A stretch of 56,225 bases of DNA from positions 1-56,225 of the forward strand of contig JAYUUO010000036.1 of the NCBI GenBank assembly GCA_043754515.1. The letters are read 5' to 3'. This stretch comes from Armatimonadota bacterium. GTDB lineage: Bacteria > Armatimonadota > Armatimonadia > Armatimonadales > Armatimonadaceae. Within the stretch, counting starts at the first letter, position 1; each line of letters begins with the position of its first letter. The notes beneath the pieces are model-generated. The model saw only the letters and a list, made by a program, of their open reading frames with translations. It was not told where the DNA came from and did not search any database. The position numbers and the translations under genes were made by a program. Of the stretch, positions 27,983-36,076 are shown piece after piece.

Positions 27983-28887
27983 AGTGCGCCAAGAACGTCC
28001 TGATATTGGCGGCTTCGCTAGTCGCGTTAGCCATCCTACTCGCTATCTTCGGGGTGATCTTCATGCCGCCCAGCGAGGCGCAGGCGATCCCGCCTTCGGG
28101 CATTCGTCCCCCCAACACGCCGGGTAGCCGAACCATCGCCCCAAATAAGCTGACTTCGGCGCAGGCTATGGCGAAGATCATGGCCGACCGGGATGCTTAT
28201 TTCCAGAATGCTAGGCGAGAGGTGTACCGGGGGGCGCGCGAACTTCTGGCGCAAGACATGGATGAGGTAGATAAGGGCTTGAAATATCACAAGCTTATTC
28301 GGGGGCATTTGCGCGGCAAGGACATCGCTCTCACATTCGACGACGGCCCACACCCGGCGTATACTCCCCGGATTCTGGAAATTCTGCGCAAATACAAGGT
28401 GAAATCCACCTTTTTCGTCGTCGGGTCACAGGCGGAGAAATATCCTAACCTCGTCCGGGCGGAGTTGAACGAGGGGCATAGCGTTGGCAACCACACGTAT
28501 CATCACGTCTCTCTCCCGAAGATCCCGCAGATATATGTCGCCGACGAGATCAAGGCGTGTGGGGATGTGATCAAAGCCGTGGGCGGGAAGCCCCCGCGCC
28601 TGTTTCGCCCTCCGGGCGGTGAGTATAATCAGCAGGTCGCGGAGGTGGCATCCATCCTCGGCTACACAATGGTGCTCTGGACAGACGATCCGGGCGATTA
28701 CGTTTCGCCGGGAGCGCAGGTGATTCTAGATCGCACCCTCGGCAAGGCGTCCGACGGCGGCATCATCCTCGTCCATGATGGCATTGAACAGACGGTCGAG
28801 ATTTTACCGCAACTCATCGAGACGCTCCAAAAACAGGGCTATCGGTTCGTCACCGTGGACGAGATGATTGACCGCAATGGGAAGTAA
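27979..28887 (+). CDS. Polysaccharide deacetylase (CE4/NodB family), membrane-anchored
   Basis: IALTFDDGP, GNHTYHH, LFRPPGG, GGIILVHD; start set at MKCAK (ATGA overlap). Confidence 0.93.
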   Translation: MKCAKNVLILAASLVALAILLAIFGVIFMPPSEAQAIPPSGIRPPNTPGSRTIAPNKLTSAQAMAKIMADRDAYFQNARREVYRGARELLAQDMDEVDKGLKYHKLIRGHLRGKDIALTFDDGPHPAYTPRILEILRKYKVKSTFFVVGSQAEKYPNLVRAELNEGHSVGNHTYHHVSLPKIPQIYVADEIKACGDVIKAVGGKPPRLFRPPGGEYNQQVAEVASILGYTMVLWTDDPGDYVSPGAQVILDRTLGKASDGGIILVHDGIEQTVEILPQLIETLQKQGYRFVTVDEMIDRNGK

Positions 28888-28890
28888 CCC

Positions 28891-29769
28891 TCACGTCACG
28901 TCGCACGCGCGTAGCGACTGCACTAGCGCATAAGCGTCATTGCGAGAAAGGCCTGTCGCCGTCGCTACCTCACGGGCGGCATCTTTTGGCGACAGGTCAC
29001 GACCGAGCGCGGCTCGCGCGAGGTCTTCCGGCGACGCGGCTGGTTCGCCGTCGCTAACGGCGTCCACCCCGGCTCCCCCCGCGAGGATGATCACGCATTC
29101 GCCCCGGGGGGCGGTGGCGTCGAAATGCGCCGCGACCTGTGCGAGCGAGCCGCGAACCCACTCCTCGAACTTCTTCGTGACCTCGCGGGCGACGCAGGCG
29201 GCACGGTCATCGCCAAACGTCTTGCGGAGGTCGCTCAACGTCTCCTTCAGGCGGTGCGGGGCCTCGTACAGCACGATGGTGCGTTGCTCGCGGGCGATCT
29301 GCGCGAGACGCTCTCGACGATCCCCACGCGGACGCGGCAGAAACCCCTCGAAAACGAACCGCCCGGTCGGGAGGCCCGAGGCAATAATCCCCGCTACGGC
29401 GGCGCAGGCACCGGGGATCGGCTCGACCCGGATGGACTCGGCGACGGCGAGCGCGACCAGTTCCGCGCCGGGGTCGCTAATCGCCGGGGTTCCCGCATCC
29501 GAGACGAGCGCAACGGAATCACCCCCTAGCAACCGGGTAATCAATGCCCCCTCTTTAGCATCGGTGCTAAACGCGTGGTATGCAGTGAGGGGGGTATGAA
29601 TGTCGAAGTGCGCCAGCAATTTGCGCGTCACACGCGTGTCTTCCGCCGCGATCAGCGCGACCTCCCGCAGAACGCGCAAAGCCCGCGCCGTTATATCCTC
29701 CAGATTCCCGATCGGCGTCGCGACCAGAAAAAGGGTGCCAGAAACGGGCGCGGGCGAGTCCTCGCTCAT
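28891..29769 (-). CDS. rsmI: 16S rRNA (cytidine1402-2'-O)-methyltransferase
   Basis: LVATPIGNLEDIT, AEDTR, VSDAGTPAISDPG, FEGFLP, YEAPHR, REVTKKFEE. Confidence 0.96.
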   Translation of the reverse strand: MSEDSPAPVSGTLFLVATPIGNLEDITARALRVLREVALIAAEDTRVTRKLLAHFDIHTPLTAYHAFSTDAKEGALITRLLGGDSVALVSDAGTPAISDPGAELVALAVAESIRVEPIPGACAAVAGIIASGLPTGRFVFEGFLPRPRGDRRERLAQIAREQRTIVLYEAPHRLKETLSDLRKTFGDDRAACVAREVTKKFEEWVRGSLAQVAAHFDATAPRGECVIILAGGAGVDAVSDGEPAASPEDLARAALGRDLSPKDAAREVATATGLSRNDAYALVQSLRACDVT

Positions 29770-31403
29770 TATTTTTTTGCCGGGGCTGACTGTCGCGGCG
29801 CGGACGGCGCGGGCTGCTTCGCCTGTTGCTCCTTGAACTGCTTCATCATGGCATCAATCTGTTGTTTGGACATCTGCTCGGCTTTCGCCTTCGCCGCCTT
29901 CGCTTTATCCGTCTCGCCGAGCTTGTCATAGAGTTGCGCCATGCCGCCCTCCATCTGGGGGTCGGGGATGACGCCTTCTTCCATCTTCGCTAGTTGCTCC
30001 TTCGCCTTGTCGTTCTGCTTGTCGGCGACGTAGGCTTGCGCGAGGGCCAGCCGCGTCTCTGGCGTGGAGCGGTAGGTGAGCGCGTCCTCGTAAGCGGCGA
30101 TGGCCTCTTTGGTCTTACCCGACTGCGTCAGGAGTTGCGCCTTCTTAAGCGGGGCGATGCCTAAGGGATCGTCTTCCTTACGTATCTTCGAAAGCTCGGC
30201 CAGCGCGAGAGCGCGTTTCGCCGCGACATCTTTCGGATTCGTTGCTTTCTGGGCATCGGCAAGGTACTGCTCGGCCTGCAACGCCGGATCGGAAAGTGTC
30301 ACTTTGATGAACGGCTCGGCGGCCTTGACCGCGTCCTCGATCCGCTTCTGGGCGTGCTCGCCAACATACCGCGCGAGTAGTGCCGCTTTGTTTTTGTCGA
30401 AGTCTTTGGGGAACTCTTTGCCCTCTTTCACGGCCTCCAGGCGGATGATATGAAAGCCGCTGTATCCAGGGCTGACGACGCGTACAGTCTGCCCGTAGGT
30501 CTCGCCCGGTTTGAGCGTTTCGAGCGCGGACTGGAACTCGGGCACGATGCCCTTCCGCGCGGTCGGTGTCCACTCGTAAACGCCGCCCTTGAGTTTCGAG
30601 CCGGGGTCGTCGCTGTTCGCCTTCGCCAGATCCCCCATTTTCGTCGGGTCCGACTTCACGGCGACCAGCAGTTTATCCGCTTTTACTTTCGCCTGCTCTT
30701 CGGGCAGGGCACCCGCCCCGAACTTGATCAGTACATGTCGTATCGTCATGTCGGAGAATGCGCGGCGCAGAGATGGCTCATCCGCCGCGATTTGCGTTTT
30801 GTATTTTGCGGTGAGTTTTTCGACCAGGAGGGACAGGCGGAGCGATTCGTCCGGCAGGTAGCGGTTCTTGACCGCCTCCAGTGCCATCCCGTTCGGCATA
30901 TTGGCGAGCGCGGCACTGACCTTGCCGTCGTCGGCGTCGGCGGACAGTCCTAACTGCTGGGCCACACCCGCTCGAACCTGGGACGCCCAGCGTTTATCCC
31001 GCTCGCCCCGCAGATCGGCGTCGGTAACAGTCACTCCCGTCTGCTTAGCAATATCCCGAAGTGCCTCCTGTTGCTTGACAACTTCGGTCGCGCCGAGACG
31101 GTACTGATCCATCTGTTCCGGTGTCGGTTGCTTGCCCGCCAGCATCGGATTCCCCATCGTCTGCTGTTGGACGAGTCGCTGCGCGAGTTGATCGAGTTCC
31201 GACTTCGTGATCTGCTGGCTCCCGACAGTCGCGATGACCGGCTCTTCCGCCGCGCCGGGCGTGATCATTCGGCGCGTCGTCCGCCCGCCGATGTTGCCGC
31301 CCAGGCCAGACAACACTACCCCGCCGATCATCAAGGTCGCCATCACCGCGCCGACCAACCAGCCGTACTTCTTCGCGGTCCGGTTTATTGCCATCAAGGA
31401 CAT
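29769..31403 (-). CDS. SurA_N + PpiC-type peptidyl-prolyl isomerase with C-terminal TPRs
   Basis: N-terminal TM; IRHVLIK, LAKANSDDPGSKLKGG, VPEF, GFHIIRL; TPR helices. Confidence 0.85.
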   Translation of the reverse strand: MSLMAINRTAKKYGWLVGAVMATLMIGGVVLSGLGGNIGGRTTRRMITPGAAEEPVIATVGSQQITKSELDQLAQRLVQQQTMGNPMLAGKQPTPEQMDQYRLGATEVVKQQEALRDIAKQTGVTVTDADLRGERDKRWASQVRAGVAQQLGLSADADDGKVSAALANMPNGMALEAVKNRYLPDESLRLSLLVEKLTAKYKTQIAADEPSLRRAFSDMTIRHVLIKFGAGALPEEQAKVKADKLLVAVKSDPTKMGDLAKANSDDPGSKLKGGVYEWTPTARKGIVPEFQSALETLKPGETYGQTVRVVSPGYSGFHIIRLEAVKEGKEFPKDFDKNKAALLARYVGEHAQKRIEDAVKAAEPFIKVTLSDPALQAEQYLADAQKATNPKDVAAKRALALAELSKIRKEDDPLGIAPLKKAQLLTQSGKTKEAIAAYEDALTYRSTPETRLALAQAYVADKQNDKAKEQLAKMEEGVIPDPQMEGGMAQLYDKLGETDKAKAAKAKAEQMSKQQIDAMMKQFKEQQAKQPAPSAPRQSAPAKK

Positions 31404-31406
31404 GAT

Positions 31407-32252
31407 TTATGATTGCTCCATAATTCGTAACATATTCGCGAGTGACTCGCGGGACGCGGCTTCCGCATCCTGCCCGTCACCGCGGTAGTGTGTCTCGAGC
31501 GAGACGCCGCCCCCGTAACCCTCCGCCTTCAGAGCGGCGAATAGACCGGCGTAGTTGATCTCGCCCTCCCCCATCGCGCGGAACCGTGGCATACCGTCCG
31601 CGCCAACGCTCGTATCTTTTACGTGTAGGTGAGCGATGTGCGCCCGCGCCGCCTCATAACCCGCCGGGAACGGTTGCTCCCCGGCGAAAAACGAGTTGCC
31701 CGGATCGTACACCATCTTCAACGCGGGCGATCCGATCTTCTCGATCATCCGCGCCGCCTCCGCTCCGGTGCCGAGGTAGCAGGCGTGCTCGTTCTCCAGC
31801 AACAGGATGATCCCCGCCCGCTCCGCCAGTTGACAGGGGCGCACCAACTCGTCGGCGATCCTATCCTCAATCTCCGGAGTGAGCCGCCCGCGCTTCCAGA
31901 ACGAAAATATTCGCAGGTAGGAGGTTCCGAAGCGCTTCGCGAGGTCAATGGCGTGCAGGAGTAGCGTTTGCTGATCCGCCAGGGTGCGCTCGGAAGCACC
32001 ATGTGTCGGCCCGGACGGGGCACTCGCGGTGACCAGATCGCACTTGAACAGTGGGGTATCGAGGCAACATACGCTGGCACCATGCTTACGCAGATCGGCC
32101 TCGACGCGATCGAGCAGTACCGGATCGGCGTCCACTATATACCTGTCGTACACGTTGCGCAACTCGGCGGAAGTGACGCCGTACTCCCCCATAACGGCGA
32201 GCGCGTGGTCAAGGTTTTGGGATATTTCGTCGGTGATAACGGCAGGGCGCAT
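31407..32252 (-). CDS. Sugar phosphate isomerase/epimerase (xylose-isomerase-like TIM barrel)
   Basis: AVITDEIS, LRIFSF, LLENEH, YDPGN, HLHVKD, SLETH. Confidence 0.88.
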   Translation of the reverse strand: MRPAVITDEISQNLDHALAVMGEYGVTSAELRNVYDRYIVDADPVLLDRVEADLRKHGASVCCLDTPLFKCDLVTASAPSGPTHGASERTLADQQTLLLHAIDLAKRFGTSYLRIFSFWKRGRLTPEIEDRIADELVRPCQLAERAGIILLLENEHACYLGTGAEAARMIEKIGSPALKMVYDPGNSFFAGEQPFPAGYEAARAHIAHLHVKDTSVGADGMPRFRAMGEGEINYAGLFAALKAEGYGGGVSLETHYRGDGQDAEAASRESLANMLRIMEQS

Positions 32253-32355
32253 GAGGGTCGGGGCGTTCCTTTCGGGAGTCGCACCCTGAAGTGTACCTTC
32301 TCTACCCGATCCGGTCAAGAAGCAACTGATTGGATTGTCACCGTATAGACATGCG

Positions 32356-32400
32356 AACAAACAAAGGCGGGGGCGGGACGCCTAATGCATCCCGCCCCCA
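32356..32400 (-). terminator. Intrinsic terminator after the BON-domain gene
   Basis: Minus strand gggggcgggatgc-atta-ggcgtcccgccccc followed by tttgtttgtt. Confidence 0.7.
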
Positions 32401-32425
32401 CCAACCAATCTACCCACCCCGCGCA

Positions 32426-33070
32426 TTAAGGCGCGACAGTCAACTCGTTCTTAACCTTGTACGTCTCGCCCGCGCCCTTGATAGCCGCCATAGCGGTTTG
32501 CGCCGCCTGCGTCTTCTGGGCGGCGGATTTGACAGTGCCTTTCAGAACGATCGTGTCGGTCGAGCCTATCGTATCAACGTTGATCTTGGACGTATCCAAG
32601 TCTGTTTTCATCAGTGCCGCCTTTACGGTGGGTGTCATCGCCGTAGCCTTGCCTACGTTCGCGGCATCCTTACCCGCTACCTTAGCCGTATCGCCAACCG
32701 CTTTACCTGCTACCTTAGCCGTATCGCCGACCGCCTTCCCCGCTACCTTAGCCGTATCGCCGACTGCTTTACCCGCCACAACCGCAGTGTCTTTAACCGC
32801 CTCGCCTGTTTGCACGACGGCCTTGCCAGTCGCGTCAACGGCTTTGTTCGTGGCGTCCGCCGCTTTCTGACCGGTAGCCATAGCCGCGTCGCCGGTCTTC
32901 GTAACTACCTGACCCGCCGCCGCCGCGTGGTTAGCTGTATCCTGCGCGACGCCGCTCGCGGTGTTGCTAGCGGCTTCCTTTGTCTGATCACTACAACCTG
33001 TGAGCGTCATGCCAATTGACGTCAATACGCCAACGGCCACGCCTAGTAACACACTGTTTCGATACGTCAT
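32426..33070 (-). CDS. BON-domain lipoprotein with 11-aa tandem repeats
   Basis: Lipobox LTGC; (GKAVGDTAKVA)n; BON domain TPTVKAAL..INVDT..IVLKGTV..VKNELTV. Confidence 0.85.
   Translation of the reverse strand: MTYRNSVLLGVAVGVLTSIGMTLTGCSDQTKEAASNTASGVAQDTANHAAAAGQVVTKTGDAAMATGQKAADATNKAVDATGKAVVQTGEAVKDTAVVAGKAVGDTAKVAGKAVGDTAKVAGKAVGDTAKVAGKDAANVGKATAMTPTVKAALMKTDLDTSKINVDTIGSTDTIVLKGTVKSAAQKTQAAQTAMAAIKGAGETYKVKNELTVAP
32669..32800. repeat. 33-bp tandem repeat, three near-identical units plus one degenerate
   Basis: gctaccttagccgtatcgcc core repeated at a 33-nt period. Confidence 0.9.
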
Positions 33071-33094
33071 CGCTTTGTCCTTGTCAGATCTTTT

Positions 33095-33379
33095 TTAGAT
33101 GGCACGCCGGGTACCGGTAACGAGTCGCATGATCGCGATCACCGCTATCGCCCCGACGGTTGCCATTAGAATACCCGGAATCGAGAAGTTTCCCGACCCC
33201 GCGCTACTCCCGAACAGCAGACCACCGAGCCAGCCGCCGACGAACGCGCCAACCACGCCGAGCACCATCGTCATCACCCAGCCTTGCGGCTTGTCTTCGG
33301 TTCCCGGCATGATCATCTTCGCCAGCCCGCCCGCGATAAGTCCCACTATCAGGAAACTGATTAAACTGAAAAGTCCCAT
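33095..33379 (-). CDS. GlsB/YeaQ/YmgE family stress-response membrane protein
   Basis: IVGLIAGGLAKMIMPG, LGVVGAFVGGWLG, ATVGAIAV. Confidence 0.92.
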   Translation of the reverse strand: MGLFSLISFLIVGLIAGGLAKMIMPGTEDKPQGWVMTMVLGVVGAFVGGWLGGLLFGSSAGSGNFSIPGILMATVGAIAVIAIMRLVTGTRRAI

Positions 33380-33556
33380 TTTTTGTTGCTCCGTTGTGTT
33401 CTTACCGACCACCCGTCGGCATTCCCGTCGAATTAGCAGGGTTCGTTCCGCTAACTGTATTTACCTCGAAGCACGCGCTGTTAAACATGCCACTTCCATC
33501 ACCTTCTCTGTTCTCTGATATGAACGTGTTGCCAGGAGCGGGCGCGGCACAGAATC

Positions 33557-34729
33557 CTATCCGATCCCCGTATCGCCTTCCCCAGATGACTCATCACGGG
33601 TCCACGCCGCCAGACACCCGGCGCGGAACGCAGGGTAACGATCCGCCTCAATGGCGGCGCGGATGCCCTCCATGAGGCGCGCGTAAAAGGCGAGATTATG
33701 ATACGTCGCTAGACGTGCGCCGAGTATCTCGTTCGTCTGGTGCAGGTGTCGCAGATACGCCGCGCTGTGTTTCTGGCAGACCTTGCACGGACACTCGGGA
33801 TCAATCGGCCCTTGCTCGTCCGTCCATCGCGCGTTCTTGAGATGCGCGCGTCCCTGTGAGGTGTAGAGGGTGCCGTTTCGGGCCACCCGTGTAGGAAGAA
33901 CGCAGTCGAACATGTCAATACCGCGGTACACGGACTCCACGAGATCCGTGGGAGTGCCGACCCCCATCAGGTAGCGCGGCTTGTCGGAGGGCAGGTACGG
34001 CATCGTCTGATCGAGAGCGCGGAGCATTTCGGCGGGCGGCTCCCCCACCGACACTCCCCCGACCGCGATCCCGGCGAGCGGACGCGACGCGACGAATTCC
34101 GCCGACTCGCGCCGCAGGTGGCCGTAATTGCTACCTTGCACTATCCCGAACAGCACCGAGCCGGAGCCGTCACCACCCCGCTCGTCATGGGCCTCTATGC
34201 AACGATCCAGCCACCGGTGCGTCCGCTCCACCGAAAGACGCACGTACTCCTCCGTTGCCGGGTACGGCGGACACTCATCGAATGCCATGATGACATCCGC
34301 CCCCAGTTCGTGCTCGATACGCATCACCGACTCTGGGGTGAAGTCGTGATACGCGCCGTCGGTCGGCGAGCGGAACCGCACGCCGGACTCGGTGATCGTC
34401 CGTAGATCCTTCAGCGAGAATACCTGGTAGCCGCCGGAGTCGGTCAGCATCGCCCCGTCCCAGCCGACGAACTCATGCAACCCCCCGAACCGCTCGATCC
34501 GCTCGGAGCCGGGGCGCAGATACAGGTGGAACGTATTGCCGAGGCAAAGACGGAAGCCCAGTTCCGCGACCTCCTCCCAGGTCATCGCCTTCACGGTGCC
34601 CTGCGTGCCGACCGGCATGAACACAGGCGTTTCTACCGTGGCATGTTTCAGCCGGAGCGTCCCGCGCCGGGCGGCGCAACCCGGCGCGGTCTTGTGGAGG
34701 GTGAAAATAGAGGAGGGCGGGTTCTGCAA
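33557..34729 (-). CDS. tgt: Queuine tRNA-ribosyltransferase
   Basis: TPVFMPVGT, NTFHLYLRPG, TDSGGYQVFSL, FGIVQG, PRYLMGVG, DMFDCVLPTR, CPCKVC. Confidence 0.97.
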   Translation of the reverse strand: MQNPPSSIFTLHKTAPGCAARRGTLRLKHATVETPVFMPVGTQGTVKAMTWEEVAELGFRLCLGNTFHLYLRPGSERIERFGGLHEFVGWDGAMLTDSGGYQVFSLKDLRTITESGVRFRSPTDGAYHDFTPESVMRIEHELGADVIMAFDECPPYPATEEYVRLSVERTHRWLDRCIEAHDERGGDGSGSVLFGIVQGSNYGHLRRESAEFVASRPLAGIAVGGVSVGEPPAEMLRALDQTMPYLPSDKPRYLMGVGTPTDLVESVYRGIDMFDCVLPTRVARNGTLYTSQGRAHLKNARWTDEQGPIDPECPCKVCQKHSAAYLRHLHQTNEILGARLATYHNLAFYARLMEGIRAAIEADRYPAFRAGCLAAWTRDESSGEGDTGIG

Positions 34730-34734
34730 CAGTC

Positions 34735-36030
34735 TCAGAAAGCTCCCTCGATAGAATAGGCGCGGTCGAGAAGTTCGACGGGGTGTACCACTTCCGGTGC
34801 CCGCGCCCCGATTCGCTTCATACCCTGCTGAATCCAGGCGAGACAGCCCGGATTCCCGGTCGCGACGACTTCGGCACCGGTCGCCAGCAGATTAGCCACT
34901 TTCCGATCCAGCAATGTACCCGCCATCTCTGGTTGCAGATAGTTGTACACTCCCGCGCTTCCGCAACAAAGGTCGGACTCGACAGTTTCGACGAAAGAGA
35001 CGCCGGGGATGGACTTGAGCAACGTACGCGGGGCGTCATAGATCCCCTGCCCGTGGCGCAAGTGACATGCGTCGTGGTAGGTCAGGCGCATCGGAAGCGG
35101 GCGCATCGGGCGCAACCCGCCGGGTAGCGCGGCGAGATATTCGCTGATGTCCTTGATCTTGTTGGCAAACTGGGCGGCACGGGAGGCGAAACGCTCGTCC
35201 TCGGCGAGCAGGTGCCCGTAGCCCTTCAAGAACGAGCCGCACCCCGACGAGTTTAAGATGACCGCGTCTACGGAAGGCAATCCCGCGCCCCCGCACGCCG
35301 CTTCGTACGACTCGATGGTCGCTCGCGCCATCGCCCGCGCCGCCGCGAGCTTCCCCTGGTGGCCGTGCAACGCCCCGCAACAAGGCTGATTGCGAGGGGC
35401 GATTGTCTCCACCCCGTTCGCGGCAAGAACACGCGCCGTCGCCGCGTGGACGGGGGCATACAGGACGCGCATGACGCACCCAGTGGCGAGCAGGACGCGA
35501 CCGCGCTTCACCCCGGTCGCCGGGGTCAGCGTCGCGACGTCGCGGCTAGAGACGGCGAGATCCTCCGGCAGAGGCATACGTGTGTCCGAAGGCAGACCGA
35601 CGAACTTCGCGACAGGTAGCGGGATCGCCCCCCCCGTCACGCGCCCGGCTATCAGTGCCGCTTTCATCCGCGCGGGATTGGTGAGCAGGGCGAGCATCCC
35701 CTCGCGCAAGACGACCTGTCCGACCGGGCGTTTCGTCTCCCGTTCCTGCCGGTCGCGCATCTCCTCTAGCAGAATGCCGTAGGGAACCCCGGACGGGCAC
35801 GCCGTTTCGCAGGCGCGGCACCCCAGACAGCGATCCAGGTGGTAACCGACAGAGCCGTAACCTTCGGACGCGAGCGGCAACTTGCCTTCCGCCGCCTCGC
35901 GCATCAGCACGAGACGCCCGCGCGGGCTGTCCGCCTCGTCACCCGTTTCTAGGTAGGTCGGACAGGCAGGGAGACAAAAACCGCAATGGACGCAGGAGAG
36001 CAACCCCGCTTCGAGTTCTTCAGGTGACAT
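34735..36030 (-). CDS. glcF: Glycolate oxidase iron-sulfur subunit-like protein
   Basis: CVHCGFCLPACPTY, SPRGR, CLGCRACETACPSGV, CCG domains, YHDACHL. Confidence 0.85.
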   Translation of the reverse strand: MSPEELEAGLLSCVHCGFCLPACPTYLETGDEADSPRGRLVLMREAAEGKLPLASEGYGSVGYHLDRCLGCRACETACPSGVPYGILLEEMRDRQERETKRPVGQVVLREGMLALLTNPARMKAALIAGRVTGGAIPLPVAKFVGLPSDTRMPLPEDLAVSSRDVATLTPATGVKRGRVLLATGCVMRVLYAPVHAATARVLAANGVETIAPRNQPCCGALHGHQGKLAAARAMARATIESYEAACGGAGLPSVDAVILNSSGCGSFLKGYGHLLAEDERFASRAAQFANKIKDISEYLAALPGGLRPMRPLPMRLTYHDACHLRHGQGIYDAPRTLLKSIPGVSFVETVESDLCCGSAGVYNYLQPEMAGTLLDRKVANLLATGAEVVATGNPGCLAWIQQGMKRIGARAPEVVHPVELLDRAYSIEGAF

Positions 36031-36076
36031 CGTGTCCGTATTGTACCGCGCGGCGGCGATAACGGTCACGAGTACG

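Noticed and set aside
32669..32800. CRISPR-like 33-nt periodic repeats
   Set aside because: Contiguous in-frame coding repeats without unique spacers; no cas genes
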